Shown: piece by piece, positions 18,783 through 27,391 of the stretch
How positions within the stretch are numbered: the stretch's first letter is position 1
How the letters are laid out: the number at the start of each line of letters is the position of its first letter
Origin: an uncultured delta proteobacterium
Lineage (GTDB): Bacteria > Desulfobacterota > Desulfuromonadia > Geobacterales > DSM-12255
Direction: 5' to 3'
NCBI GenBank assembly: GCA_963787125.1
Contig: CAWBBV010000012.1
Location: 256,001 to 320,000 of the forward strand
DNA length: 64,000 bases
Notes under the pieces: model-generated
Told to the model about the DNA's origin: nothing
Database searches by the model: none
What the model saw: only the letters and a program-made list of their open reading frames with translations
Translations under genes and position numbers: made by a program

Positions 18783-19802
18783 TTAGCGGGATGAGATGTT
18801 CGCAGGCGCTTGGAAAGATTTTGGCTGTGATTGGAATAAAAGAAGAGCCCACCGCACCAGTTTGCCGAGCGTAGCGGTTACCGGCAGTGGACACCAGAGA
18901 CCGACTATGAAAACAGCTACAATGAGAGAGTTCGGGTTTTCCTTTAACAGCGACCAGAGTACACGGCTGGCAAAGGGCCTGTCTGTTCCGGCGCCATGAT
19001 AGTAAAGCATCTGGGCACCTTTATATAGCCTGCGCCTGATAATCTGGCGGAGGTTCTGACGTTTCCTATCATGAATCAGGCGCAGCTGTTTTTTAAGTAC
19101 AGCAATATTTTCGGCAAGATAGCGATAACCCCTTAAATCTCGCGGCCCGGAGACGCTTGTCGGCAGGCAGCGCCAGCGTGTTAGACTCTTTTTTACGATG
19201 GTTATCTCGTACTGAGCGGCAATCCTTAAATAAAGATCATAATCGCTGGCACGCTTGAGGCCGTTATCTGAGAGACCGACTTCTTTAAATATCCTGGCCG
19301 GCACCATTATCTGGGAGGTAGTCGCGAACAGATTTCCCTCGAGAAGCTGCTCGTAATACCTGCCGCTGGTGATGGATCCTTCAGGAAGTTCTTTGCACCA
19401 GGCGGCAAAAAAGAGTGTCGAAAATATTATCCCCTGGTGATCAAATTCAACCCCGTCAACAACAATCAGACCTGAATCAGGATGAGCTGTTGCCGCTGCT
19501 ACCTGAATGGTAAGTTTGTCCGGTTCCCACAGGTCGTCACCATCAAGAAAGGCGATTAATTCGCCGCGCGCCCTCAAAATTCCTGAATTGCGTGATCCGG
19601 CGACACCCTGATTTTGCTGCCTGATTATAACGATCTGATCCTTGAAAGGAGCCATGCACTCCGGAGTATCGTCAGTTGAACCATCATCAACAACAATTAC
19701 TTCAAAGGGCTGATAGGTCTGGGCGAGAACGCTTTCAAGAGTTTCGCCGATATACGCAGCCTGGTTGTATGTTGTCACCACTACACTGACTAATGGGTTC
19801 AT
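18783..19802 (-). CDS. Glycosyltransferase family 2
   Basis: VSVVVTTYN, VDDGSTD, FLDGDD, SDYDL. Confidence 0.9.
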   Translation of the reverse strand: MNPLVSVVVTTYNQAAYIGETLESVLAQTYQPFEVIVVDDGSTDDTPECMAPFKDQIVIIRQQNQGVAGSRNSGILRARGELIAFLDGDDLWEPDKLTIQVAAATAHPDSGLIVVDGVEFDHQGIIFSTLFFAAWCKELPEGSITSGRYYEQLLEGNLFATTSQIMVPARIFKEVGLSDNGLKRASDYDLYLRIAAQYEITIVKKSLTRWRCLPTSVSGPRDLRGYRYLAENIAVLKKQLRLIHDRKRQNLRQIIRRRLYKGAQMLYYHGAGTDRPFASRVLWSLLKENPNSLIVAVFIVGLWCPLPVTATLGKLVRWALLLFQSQPKSFQAPANISSR

Positions 19803-19817
19803 GAAATACCTCGGATA

Positions 19818-20702
19818 TCAATCAAATAGCCGCTGCAGCCGCCACGGCATGGTCTCAACATAGAAGTTTTTTACGGCCGGATGAACCGTATCAAGAGCCC
19901 TCACGATCCGGCTGACGTCACGGTAATGGCATTTTATCTGTTTTTTTCTCTTTTCAAGCTTTTGAATAATTTCTTTTTCAGACCGGTTTTTATTAATCTG
20001 TTTCTCAATGGCTTCGAGGTAACTATTGCGCATTTTTACCCGGTCTGAGCATCTGGAGCCGCTTCTGACCCGGTAATAGGCCAAAACACTGTCTACATAA
20101 AATACTTTCGGCTTCAAGGCAAACAGATCCATCCAGCACTCCCAGTCCTCATTGGCAGTCAGGCTTTCATCGAACAATATCCCTGATACTTTAAAAAGCG
20201 CTGCGTCAAAAAGAAAACAGTGAATAGGAATACAGAGTTCTGTCTCCCACTTCATCATGATGTCATCAAAAGGATTTTGATCGCTGAGTAGCGGGCTTAC
20301 CGCCTTAAACGCCACCGGCCTGTTGTCCATATCGCGATAAACATATTGGCAGTAACTTAAACTCCTCTCCGCGCAGTTTTGCAGTTGCGCCATCTGGATG
20401 CTGATTTTATCGACTGCCAGCAGATCATCAGCGTCAAGGAACTGCAGATATTTCCCTGAAGCCTGCCCGATGCCGGTATTCCGGGCGCCACCAGTCCCTC
20501 GGTTCTCCTGCTGCCGATAGATGATGCGGTTGCCATATTTCGTCTTTAGCAGTTGCGCCGTGTCGTCAGTTGACCCATCATCAATTACTATGATCTCTTT
20601 ATTTTCATAGGTCTGGCTTAATGCACAGTCTATGGCCTGACACACCACCGGGCTATTGTTATAGGTCGGTATAATGATGCTTACCAGTGGCGCAGTTTGC
20701 AT
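19818..20702 (-). CDS. Glycosyltransferase family 2
   Basis: VSIIIPTYN, IDDGSTD, FLDADD, NEDWE. Confidence 0.9.
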   Translation of the reverse strand: MQTAPLVSIIIPTYNNSPVVCQAIDCALSQTYENKEIIVIDDGSTDDTAQLLKTKYGNRIIYRQQENRGTGGARNTGIGQASGKYLQFLDADDLLAVDKISIQMAQLQNCAERSLSYCQYVYRDMDNRPVAFKAVSPLLSDQNPFDDIMMKWETELCIPIHCFLFDAALFKVSGILFDESLTANEDWECWMDLFALKPKVFYVDSVLAYYRVRSGSRCSDRVKMRNSYLEAIEKQINKNRSEKEIIQKLEKRKKQIKCHYRDVSRIVRALDTVHPAVKNFYVETMPWRLQRLFD

Positions 20703-20719
20703 TGGAGTGTCTCCTTACT

Positions 20720-21772
20720 CTAAGCGCTCAAGTTCAGTGCTCTGGCGGTAGTTTTAATAAACCTTGAGAGTGCCGGGTATGGTTCAACCAGGGGGGCAAC
20801 AGTGAGTCTCAGCACTTTTTTCAGGAGCATAAACCCTGCTACCGGTTGCAGCTGAACAGGTAGTGGAGCTGCAATGTTGAACTCGTTGCAGCTATGGCGA
20901 CCAGTCTCAAAACATATCCGTAGATGAGCAAACAGAGCCTTGACAGCGTGTCTTCTGGCACAATCAACTTCTCCCGCATGCTCAAACTTCATTGCCAGAG
21001 TCAGGTTTCTCCAGCGTAAAATTCGCGTTATGATAGCGCTGTATTTTCTGTCAAGATGCATGTGCAGTGCTTCAAACAGCTCTATTATGTCCGGTTCGTG
21101 AGCACGCCAATCCTTCAGTGACCACATGCCTCCGCGGTGAACAACATAAGCAGACATGGTTTCATCGATATAGCCGATGTCGCCATGGACCGCATTCAAA
21201 ATGTGAAGGGGCCAATCTGCCATTTTCAATCTGCTTATCCAGTCTGGAATCGTGCCAAACAGGCCACGACGAAACATTACCGCGGCAGTGGGAATAAAAT
21301 TATCCAGTAAAAGATTTTCAACGGTTGAAAATTCATTTTGCCGGGGACGATACGAAGTAGACTCTTTACTGCCGTCCTCATAGACGATTAATGCATCATG
21401 AAAACAGGTTGAACAGTGTGGATAAAGATCGAGAAAATCCACCTGCTTCTGCATTTTTTCTGGAGTCAGCCAATAATCATCCCCTTCAAGACAGGCTATG
21501 TAATCCCCTGTGCAGGCTTCCAGGACCTGCTTCCCGTTTTTAAAGGCGCCGAGGTTTTTTTCATGCAGTAAAAGTCTGAATATGTCGGGAAATCGCTGCT
21601 GGTAACTGATAAGGATATTGCGAGTGTTATCGGTTGAACAATCCTCACCAATAACAATTTCATACGGGAAATTTGTCCTTTGCATGAGGACACTATCCAG
21701 AGTTTTAGCAATGAATTTTTCGTGATTATAGGCAGTGATCACTACGCTGACCCTGGGCGGACAACTTCTCAT
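20720..21772 (-). CDS. Glycosyltransferase family 2
   Basis: VSVVITAYN, GEDCSTD, LEGDDYW. Confidence 0.9.
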   Translation of the reverse strand: MRSCPPRVSVVITAYNHEKFIAKTLDSVLMQRTNFPYEIVIGEDCSTDNTRNILISYQQRFPDIFRLLLHEKNLGAFKNGKQVLEACTGDYIACLEGDDYWLTPEKMQKQVDFLDLYPHCSTCFHDALIVYEDGSKESTSYRPRQNEFSTVENLLLDNFIPTAAVMFRRGLFGTIPDWISRLKMADWPLHILNAVHGDIGYIDETMSAYVVHRGGMWSLKDWRAHEPDIIELFEALHMHLDRKYSAIITRILRWRNLTLAMKFEHAGEVDCARRHAVKALFAHLRICFETGRHSCNEFNIAAPLPVQLQPVAGFMLLKKVLRLTVAPLVEPYPALSRFIKTTARALNLSA

Positions 21773-21797
21773 CGTTAATACCCCTCAAATTCGAAAA

Positions 21798-24260
21798 TCA
21801 GGGATTCAAAGTTACAACCACATCATCAATGACCATTCCGACTGAACCGGTAAAACCGGGAGCTGTTGCCAGATCAGCACTGATGCCACCGCTGAGATAG
21901 GCTGCCCGCGAATCAAAATTATTATCAGTCACATCAATCTTCAGTGTCCCGTCGTAATAAACCTGGATCCGACTGCCGTTAAAAATCAGCTTGACTGTAT
22001 GCCAGCCAGTTCCGACACTGGTCAGGCTTACCTGATTCATCGCTGTGCCGCTCCAGGTTGTCCAGTCACTGAACTTTACCAGTTTCATTTGATTCGAGCC
22101 GCCTTGTGAACCATCAGGATAAATCCAGACTCCATAATGTGCCCCGGTTGCTGGATTCAGACGGCCACCAAGGCCACCACCGTAAGAACCTGCAGGAAAC
22201 TGAACCCGACCGTCAACCGTATAATTACTCCAGAGTGGCGTCGGTGCAGTGTAAGCATAACCATAGTAAGCTGACACAGATCCCAGTCCTTGCAATGCAC
22301 TTCCAGTGATTTTCCAGCTCCCCATCTGATTTATCCAGGGGGTAACGAGCTCCGGAGGTGTGGGGGTTCTATTGAAATCATCGCTGAATATTGCGCTTGC
22401 AATGACTGCTATGCCTACAGTTGTAATCCCGGAGGTCAGACTGCCATCACTTGCTCGATAAGTGAAACTGTCGCTTCCTGAATAGTTGGCAGTCGGAGTA
22501 TATACAAATGAGCCATTGGCGCTCAGGGTCACAGTTCCATGCAGGGGTGAAGTTACCAGCTGGGCGGTCAGAGTAGTGCCTTCAGGGTCGGTGTCATTGG
22601 CCAGCACCCCCGGGGCAGCCAGGGTCAGCACAACATTCTGATTGGTGCTGTAACTGTCATTAGCCGCTACAGGGGGCTGGTTAACAGGGGCAACAGTTAT
22701 ATTTACACTGGCTGCGGTTGAAGTGAGTGACCCATCACTTGCCCGATAAGTGAAACTGTCGCTTCCTGAATAGTTGGCAGTCGGAGTATATACAAATGAG
22801 CCATTGGCGCTCAGGGTCAGGGTTCCATGCAGGGGTGAAGTTACCAGCTGGGCGGTCAGAGTTGTGCCCTCAGGGTCGGTGTCATTGGCCAGCACCCCCG
22901 GGGCAGCCAGGGTCAGCACAACATTCTTATTAGTGCTGTAACTGTCATTAGCCGCTACAGGGGGCTGGTTAACAGGGGCAACAGTTATATTTACACTGGC
23001 TGCGGTTGAAGTGAGTGACCCATCACTTGCCCGATAAGTGAAACTGTCGCTTCCTGAATAGTTGGCAGTCGGAGTATATACAAATGAGCCATTGGCGCTC
23101 AGGGTCAGGGTTCCATGCAGGGGTGAAGTTACCAGCTGGGCGGTCAGAGTAGTGCCTTCAGGGTCGGTGTCATTGGCCAGCACCCCCGGGGCAGCCAGAG
23201 TCAGCACAACATTCTTATTAGTGCTGTAACTGTCATTAGCCGCTACAGGGGGCAGGTTAACAGCCTGGTTGCTCAAGGTAATGACACCTTTATCCGGGAT
23301 AGCGTCGTAATATATTACACTGACACTCCCCTCGGTGACAGAAGTGATACTGTTAACGGTTGTGCCTTGCAATACTTTTACCTTGCTCCATGCAGACGGA
23401 ACCTCACTTCTGAGGGTCAACGGTTGATCAAAAACAGCATCATCAAGAGTATCAGTCAAATTCAACGTAATCTTGTCACTGCTTTGTGATGCCAGGCTCA
23501 ACGTAGCAGCACTACGCTCCCGCATATACTTGATTACTGTCCCAAACGGTGCAACCCAGAGATCCGCCCTTCCCTTCAGGTAGTCAAGGTATGTCGTCAA
23601 CTGCTCAGGGGTCCACCCACCGTACTCTCCCGGGCTGAAGCTATGAAAGCAGGGGATTAGCCACTTATTGAGGGTGACAGCTTGACTGGTCAGATCCTCA
23701 AACTGGCCAACGGTATAGCGAGCCGCATCATAAGCAGGCATATTGAATGTATCAGCTGTCAGATCGTTGAGAGCTTCACCGGTGCCACGTCCTGCAATGT
23801 AGTACTTCTGCGCCAAAGCCTTTACATCGCTGTTGAGCATGCCGTAGGGATAGGCAAAGGTAACGGTTTTCTGCCCCGGTATTTTCGTATTAATCAATGA
23901 TTGCGACGCCGTAAGTTGATAATCGGCTTCACTTAAGGGGAGTGACGTGAGAAATGGGTGAGATTTGGTGTGGCTGCCGATTTCATGGCCTTTATTGGCA
24001 GCATCTTTCCATGAATCCCACATGTTGTAATAATCCGGAAAATCAGTAGCAAGGAAAAATGTCCCTTTTAAACCTCTCGCCTCTAAAGCAGGCAGAACAG
24101 TAGAGTATTGAGAGGGGTAGCCGTCGTCAAAGGTCAGACTGACTGCCGCTGCCTTGTTTGCATGCCAGACCACGGTTGTGTGTGGCCCGGCTGCTGCTGC
24201 CGTTCCCGCAAAAAGCGAGAGGGTAAGCAATATGGCTATGATCCGTATGCGAGTTTTCAT
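21798..24260 (-). CDS. Secreted polysaccharide deacetylase (NodB/CE4) with three Ig/cadherin-like repeats and a C-terminal beta-sandwich domain
   Basis: Signal peptide; TFDDG, HEIGSHTKSHP, FAYPYG; three PVAANDSY..YTP..DSFTYRASDG repeats. Confidence 0.85.
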   Translation of the reverse strand: MKTRIRIIAILLTLSLFAGTAAAAGPHTTVVWHANKAAAVSLTFDDGYPSQYSTVLPALEARGLKGTFFLATDFPDYYNMWDSWKDAANKGHEIGSHTKSHPFLTSLPLSEADYQLTASQSLINTKIPGQKTVTFAYPYGMLNSDVKALAQKYYIAGRGTGEALNDLTADTFNMPAYDAARYTVGQFEDLTSQAVTLNKWLIPCFHSFSPGEYGGWTPEQLTTYLDYLKGRADLWVAPFGTVIKYMRERSAATLSLASQSSDKITLNLTDTLDDAVFDQPLTLRSEVPSAWSKVKVLQGTTVNSITSVTEGSVSVIYYDAIPDKGVITLSNQAVNLPPVAANDSYSTNKNVVLTLAAPGVLANDTDPEGTTLTAQLVTSPLHGTLTLSANGSFVYTPTANYSGSDSFTYRASDGSLTSTAASVNITVAPVNQPPVAANDSYSTNKNVVLTLAAPGVLANDTDPEGTTLTAQLVTSPLHGTLTLSANGSFVYTPTANYSGSDSFTYRASDGSLTSTAASVNITVAPVNQPPVAANDSYSTNQNVVLTLAAPGVLANDTDPEGTTLTAQLVTSPLHGTVTLSANGSFVYTPTANYSGSDSFTYRASDGSLTSGITTVGIAVIASAIFSDDFNRTPTPPELVTPWINQMGSWKITGSALQGLGSVSAYYGYAYTAPTPLWSNYTVDGRVQFPAGSYGGGLGGRLNPATGAHYGVWIYPDGSQGGSNQMKLVKFSDWTTWSGTAMNQVSLTSVGTGWHTVKLIFNGSRIQVYYDGTLKIDVTDNNFDSRAAYLSGGISADLATAPGFTGSVGMVIDDVVVTLNP
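22435..23260 (-). repeat. Three near-identical 288-bp tandem coding repeats (96-aa Ig-like units)
   Basis: Equivalent positions at 22453, 22741 and 23029 (period 288); only scattered substitutions. Confidence 0.92.
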
Positions 24261-24290
24261 AATCCCTCACGTATATTATCTTACCGCTTT

Positions 24291-27200
24291 TTATTTTTTC
24301 ATGATCTCCACTATGCTCAGATTCCAGCGATCACTTACCGGTGCGATATTATTTATGGTAACTACGGTTCCAGCCGGCTGGATTGTGGCGTTTTGCCGCT
24401 GTACCCAGGTAGTGTAATCGTTGGGGTCCAGATTTTGATGTACCATGACCTGATTAGGTCCAAGCGAGCGTGCAACCGCATGATCCCAGTCTGTCCCCAC
24501 GCCGAACACCCATGAGTCGGCACTCTGGGTGATAAGGGAGGCTGTCGGTGCACCGGTCGCTGAACTCCCGCCGCCAACGGCTCCTACCGGAGTCGCAATA
24601 TTTACATCGGCAAATGCAACCAGAGTTATGGAAGCTGGAATATTCTGTGACAGCGCCGCGGTTACTGTCGTATGACTCAATGGCGTCGTGGCAAAAGCAC
24701 GCCAGATTTCAGCCGTCCCGAATTGTGCATTAGTCCGCCGCACCAAAGTCCAGTTTAATCCGCCGCCGGTCACTCCGGTTACGGTTGTATTGGCAGTGGT
24801 ACCGGTGGTTGCGGCCGCAACGAATGCCAGCAAAAGTTCGTCACCAGCCCTGGTAGAAAAAACAGGAGTCGTAATACTCGGAGCAAAAGAGCTGGAATCC
24901 ATGAAAGTGGTGACGTCAACAACAAGGCCTGTTGCAGAGAAGTTTATTCCGGCGATATTGGTGCCGTTCATAACTACCGCCGCAGATGCCGGTGAGAACG
25001 TAATCCCGCTTTTGGACGGCGTAACGGTGTAGCTGCCATTGGCCAAATTAGTAAAGCTATAGCTGCCATCAGCAGCGGCTGTAACTGTGGCAACCCTGGT
25101 TGCACCTTCAGTCAGCGTTACCAATGCTCCGCCACCTGCAGGCGCCGGACTGATGCTGCCGGAAAGGGTATTTGTATTGATCGATTCCGCGAGGTCCAGA
25201 GTGAGAAAGACTACTCCGTGCGGCGGTAGTGTGACCGCTATCTCCAGCGTGCCGTCAGCAGCCGGTATCCGCAGTACTGACTCAACTTCGGGATTAACCT
25301 GTGCGAGCGCCGCATAAGTTGTTCTGTTCGTATTAAAGATGTTGATCAAATCTACGACTGTGTCATCGGTGTTGAATGGATCCAGATCATAGGGGGAGAG
25401 GCCGTTACGCCAGACTCCAAGGCTATCCGCAAGCCACCTGGTTGAATAGTTGCCATGATTACGATCGATTCTGTACCAGGTTGCTTTCACTCCGGCAGCG
25501 GGGACGCCGGTTAGCCTCAGGAGTAACGGCTCACTGGCAGAAGCAGAGCGCGTGCCGTTATGATTGAAAAGCATCAGCCGTGCCTGTCCGATAACGCCGC
25601 CAACAGGCCTGACAGCCAGCCCCCCCACCACGTCACTGGCCAATGTCTGTTGTCCCGCGACTTTTGTGCCGGTCAAGCTGACGCCGCCGGCGAGATGCTG
25701 TTGAAAAAGGTTGAGCACATTGCGGAGCGGTGGAGGCACGTCAGCCTTGCCGGTGTTCCAGAGCGAGCTCCAGTGAAGATCCTGTTCAACAACTGTATCT
25801 GTGAGCAGCGCGAAATATGACCCTCCGAGCTCTGTTCCGTCGAGTCGCGAGTACATGACAGCGCCATTTTCATCATCAAGAACATACCCTTCGTCAATAC
25901 TCAGCGGGATACCAGCAAATTTGGAATATGGCGCCAGTGCAGCGCGAATGTTTGCAACTGCAGATGAAATTTTAACCGGATTGTCGTCATAGTAAGAGAA
26001 ACTTAAGGCCGTCGGTACGACCGGTGATTCACCCGGAATACTGAAAGTACCAGCCTGGATTCGGGCTGCCAGTGCCGGGATCAACGAAGAGCTTGTGGAC
26101 ATGAAATTGCCCGGATTGATGCTGATCCGTGTCCCTACGTCCGGATTCGCTGCCCGTGCCGCGGAAACAGTGTAATCATAAAACTTGAACCAATCCTGCG
26201 TGCTTCCGGTCCACCAGCCGCTATAATCAGGCTCGGTGCCACAGCGGTAACGCCACGTCGACACCTCTTCGGCCCCATAAAGTGTTTTAAGATTTAAAAA
26301 GAGGGCTTTGATAAAGTTGTAATATTTATTCCAGTCTTTAGGTGGGCTCGTGTTCGTGCCGAAATCACCGGAGATTGCCGTCGGGTCGCTTGCCAGCAAG
26401 ACTGGAGAATAGGAAAGCACGATATAAGGTTTGAAACCGGCAGCCAGGACAGTGTCCAGCTTCGTCGTTAATCTTTCAAAGTGATAAACCGGATTACCGG
26501 AACTGTCTTCGTCATAAAGTTCGTTTTCCGGAAAGTCAAGCATCCCACCGGTCGCATTAAACATGGCCACAAACTTGATTATCGCTGGGTCTGCATCGGC
26601 GGAGGTAACCGGAACAGGCACCCACAAAGCCCAGGTATCCCAGGGTGAATGAACCGTTCTTGTACCTGTTTCTGCAAGATTGATTTCGTATGTCGTAGTT
26701 AACGTATTATTTACAATGATCGTTACCGGTGAAGAGAGGCTGTTATTGCCGGCGGCATCATAGGCTCTGGCTGTGAGGGTATAGCTGCCATTGGCTTTAG
26801 TGGCAGTATCAGCACTGTAGCTAAAAGGGGCGGATGTATCAGTGTAGTCAAGAATGCCATTCACATAAAACAACACCCTGGTGACGCCGATGTTATCCGC
26901 AGCTGTGGCACTGATCGTGATCGTCCCTCTGACGGTAGCGTTGTTTGCCGGCGCTGTTATGGAGACAGTCGGCGCCTGTGTATCAGCTGCCAAAGTAATA
27001 GTGGTTGAAGCACTGCTGCGGTAAGAAATATTACCGGCAGTATCCTTTGCCCAGGCATAAAGCGTTTTTGTCCCGGCAGAGGTAAAGTTGTAGCTTGTCG
27101 GAGCAGTGCTGCTCCAGCCGCTGCTACTTACCCTTGGCGTTATACTGCTGGTACTGAGGTAATAGCCGGTCACGCCGACGTTGTCAGTGGCAACGAACCT

Positions 27201-27368
27201 GATTCCTGTTACCTGCAAACTGCTGGAAGTGGACGGGAGAGTAAAGGATGTGATGACCGGTCTGGTTCGATCTATGGCAGCAACGGCGACATTCGGCATC
27301 AACGCGGTTATGCAGACAATAATCAGCATGCCGGTTAAAGCGATGAGTACTTTGTTGGCATTAAGCAT
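24291..27368 (-). CDS. Secreted GH39-like glycoside hydrolase with Ig-like and other beta-rich accessory domains
   Basis: Signal peptide; DTQAPTVSITAP Ig domain; FERLTTKLD..GFKPYIVL, PPKDWNKY, RCGTEPD (acid/base) and SIDEG (nucleophile candidate). Confidence 0.7.
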   Translation of the reverse strand: MLNANKVLIALTGMLIIVCITALMPNVAVAAIDRTRPVITSFTLPSTSSSLQVTGIRFVATDNVGVTGYYLSTSSITPRVSSSGWSSTAPTSYNFTSAGTKTLYAWAKDTAGNISYRSSASTTITLAADTQAPTVSITAPANNATVRGTITISATAADNIGVTRVLFYVNGILDYTDTSAPFSYSADTATKANGSYTLTARAYDAAGNNSLSSPVTIIVNNTLTTTYEINLAETGTRTVHSPWDTWALWVPVPVTSADADPAIIKFVAMFNATGGMLDFPENELYDEDSSGNPVYHFERLTTKLDTVLAAGFKPYIVLSYSPVLLASDPTAISGDFGTNTSPPKDWNKYYNFIKALFLNLKTLYGAEEVSTWRYRCGTEPDYSGWWTGSTQDWFKFYDYTVSAARAANPDVGTRISINPGNFMSTSSSLIPALAARIQAGTFSIPGESPVVPTALSFSYYDDNPVKISSAVANIRAALAPYSKFAGIPLSIDEGYVLDDENGAVMYSRLDGTELGGSYFALLTDTVVEQDLHWSSLWNTGKADVPPPLRNVLNLFQQHLAGGVSLTGTKVAGQQTLASDVVGGLAVRPVGGVIGQARLMLFNHNGTRSASASEPLLLRLTGVPAAGVKATWYRIDRNHGNYSTRWLADSLGVWRNGLSPYDLDPFNTDDTVVDLINIFNTNRTTYAALAQVNPEVESVLRIPAADGTLEIAVTLPPHGVVFLTLDLAESINTNTLSGSISPAPAGGGALVTLTEGATRVATVTAAADGSYSFTNLANGSYTVTPSKSGITFSPASAAVVMNGTNIAGINFSATGLVVDVTTFMDSSSFAPSITTPVFSTRAGDELLLAFVAAATTGTTANTTVTGVTGGGLNWTLVRRTNAQFGTAEIWRAFATTPLSHTTVTAALSQNIPASITLVAFADVNIATPVGAVGGGSSATGAPTASLITQSADSWVFGVGTDWDHAVARSLGPNQVMVHQNLDPNDYTTWVQRQNATIQPAGTVVTINNIAPVSDRWNLSIVEIMKK

Positions 27369-27391
27369 TTGATTTCCCCTATCTAATTACC

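Noticed and set aside
22435..23260. CRISPR array or DGR template/variable repeat
   Set aside because: Repeats are contiguous, in-frame 288-bp coding units with no spacers, no adenine-specific variation pattern evident, and no cas or RT gene.
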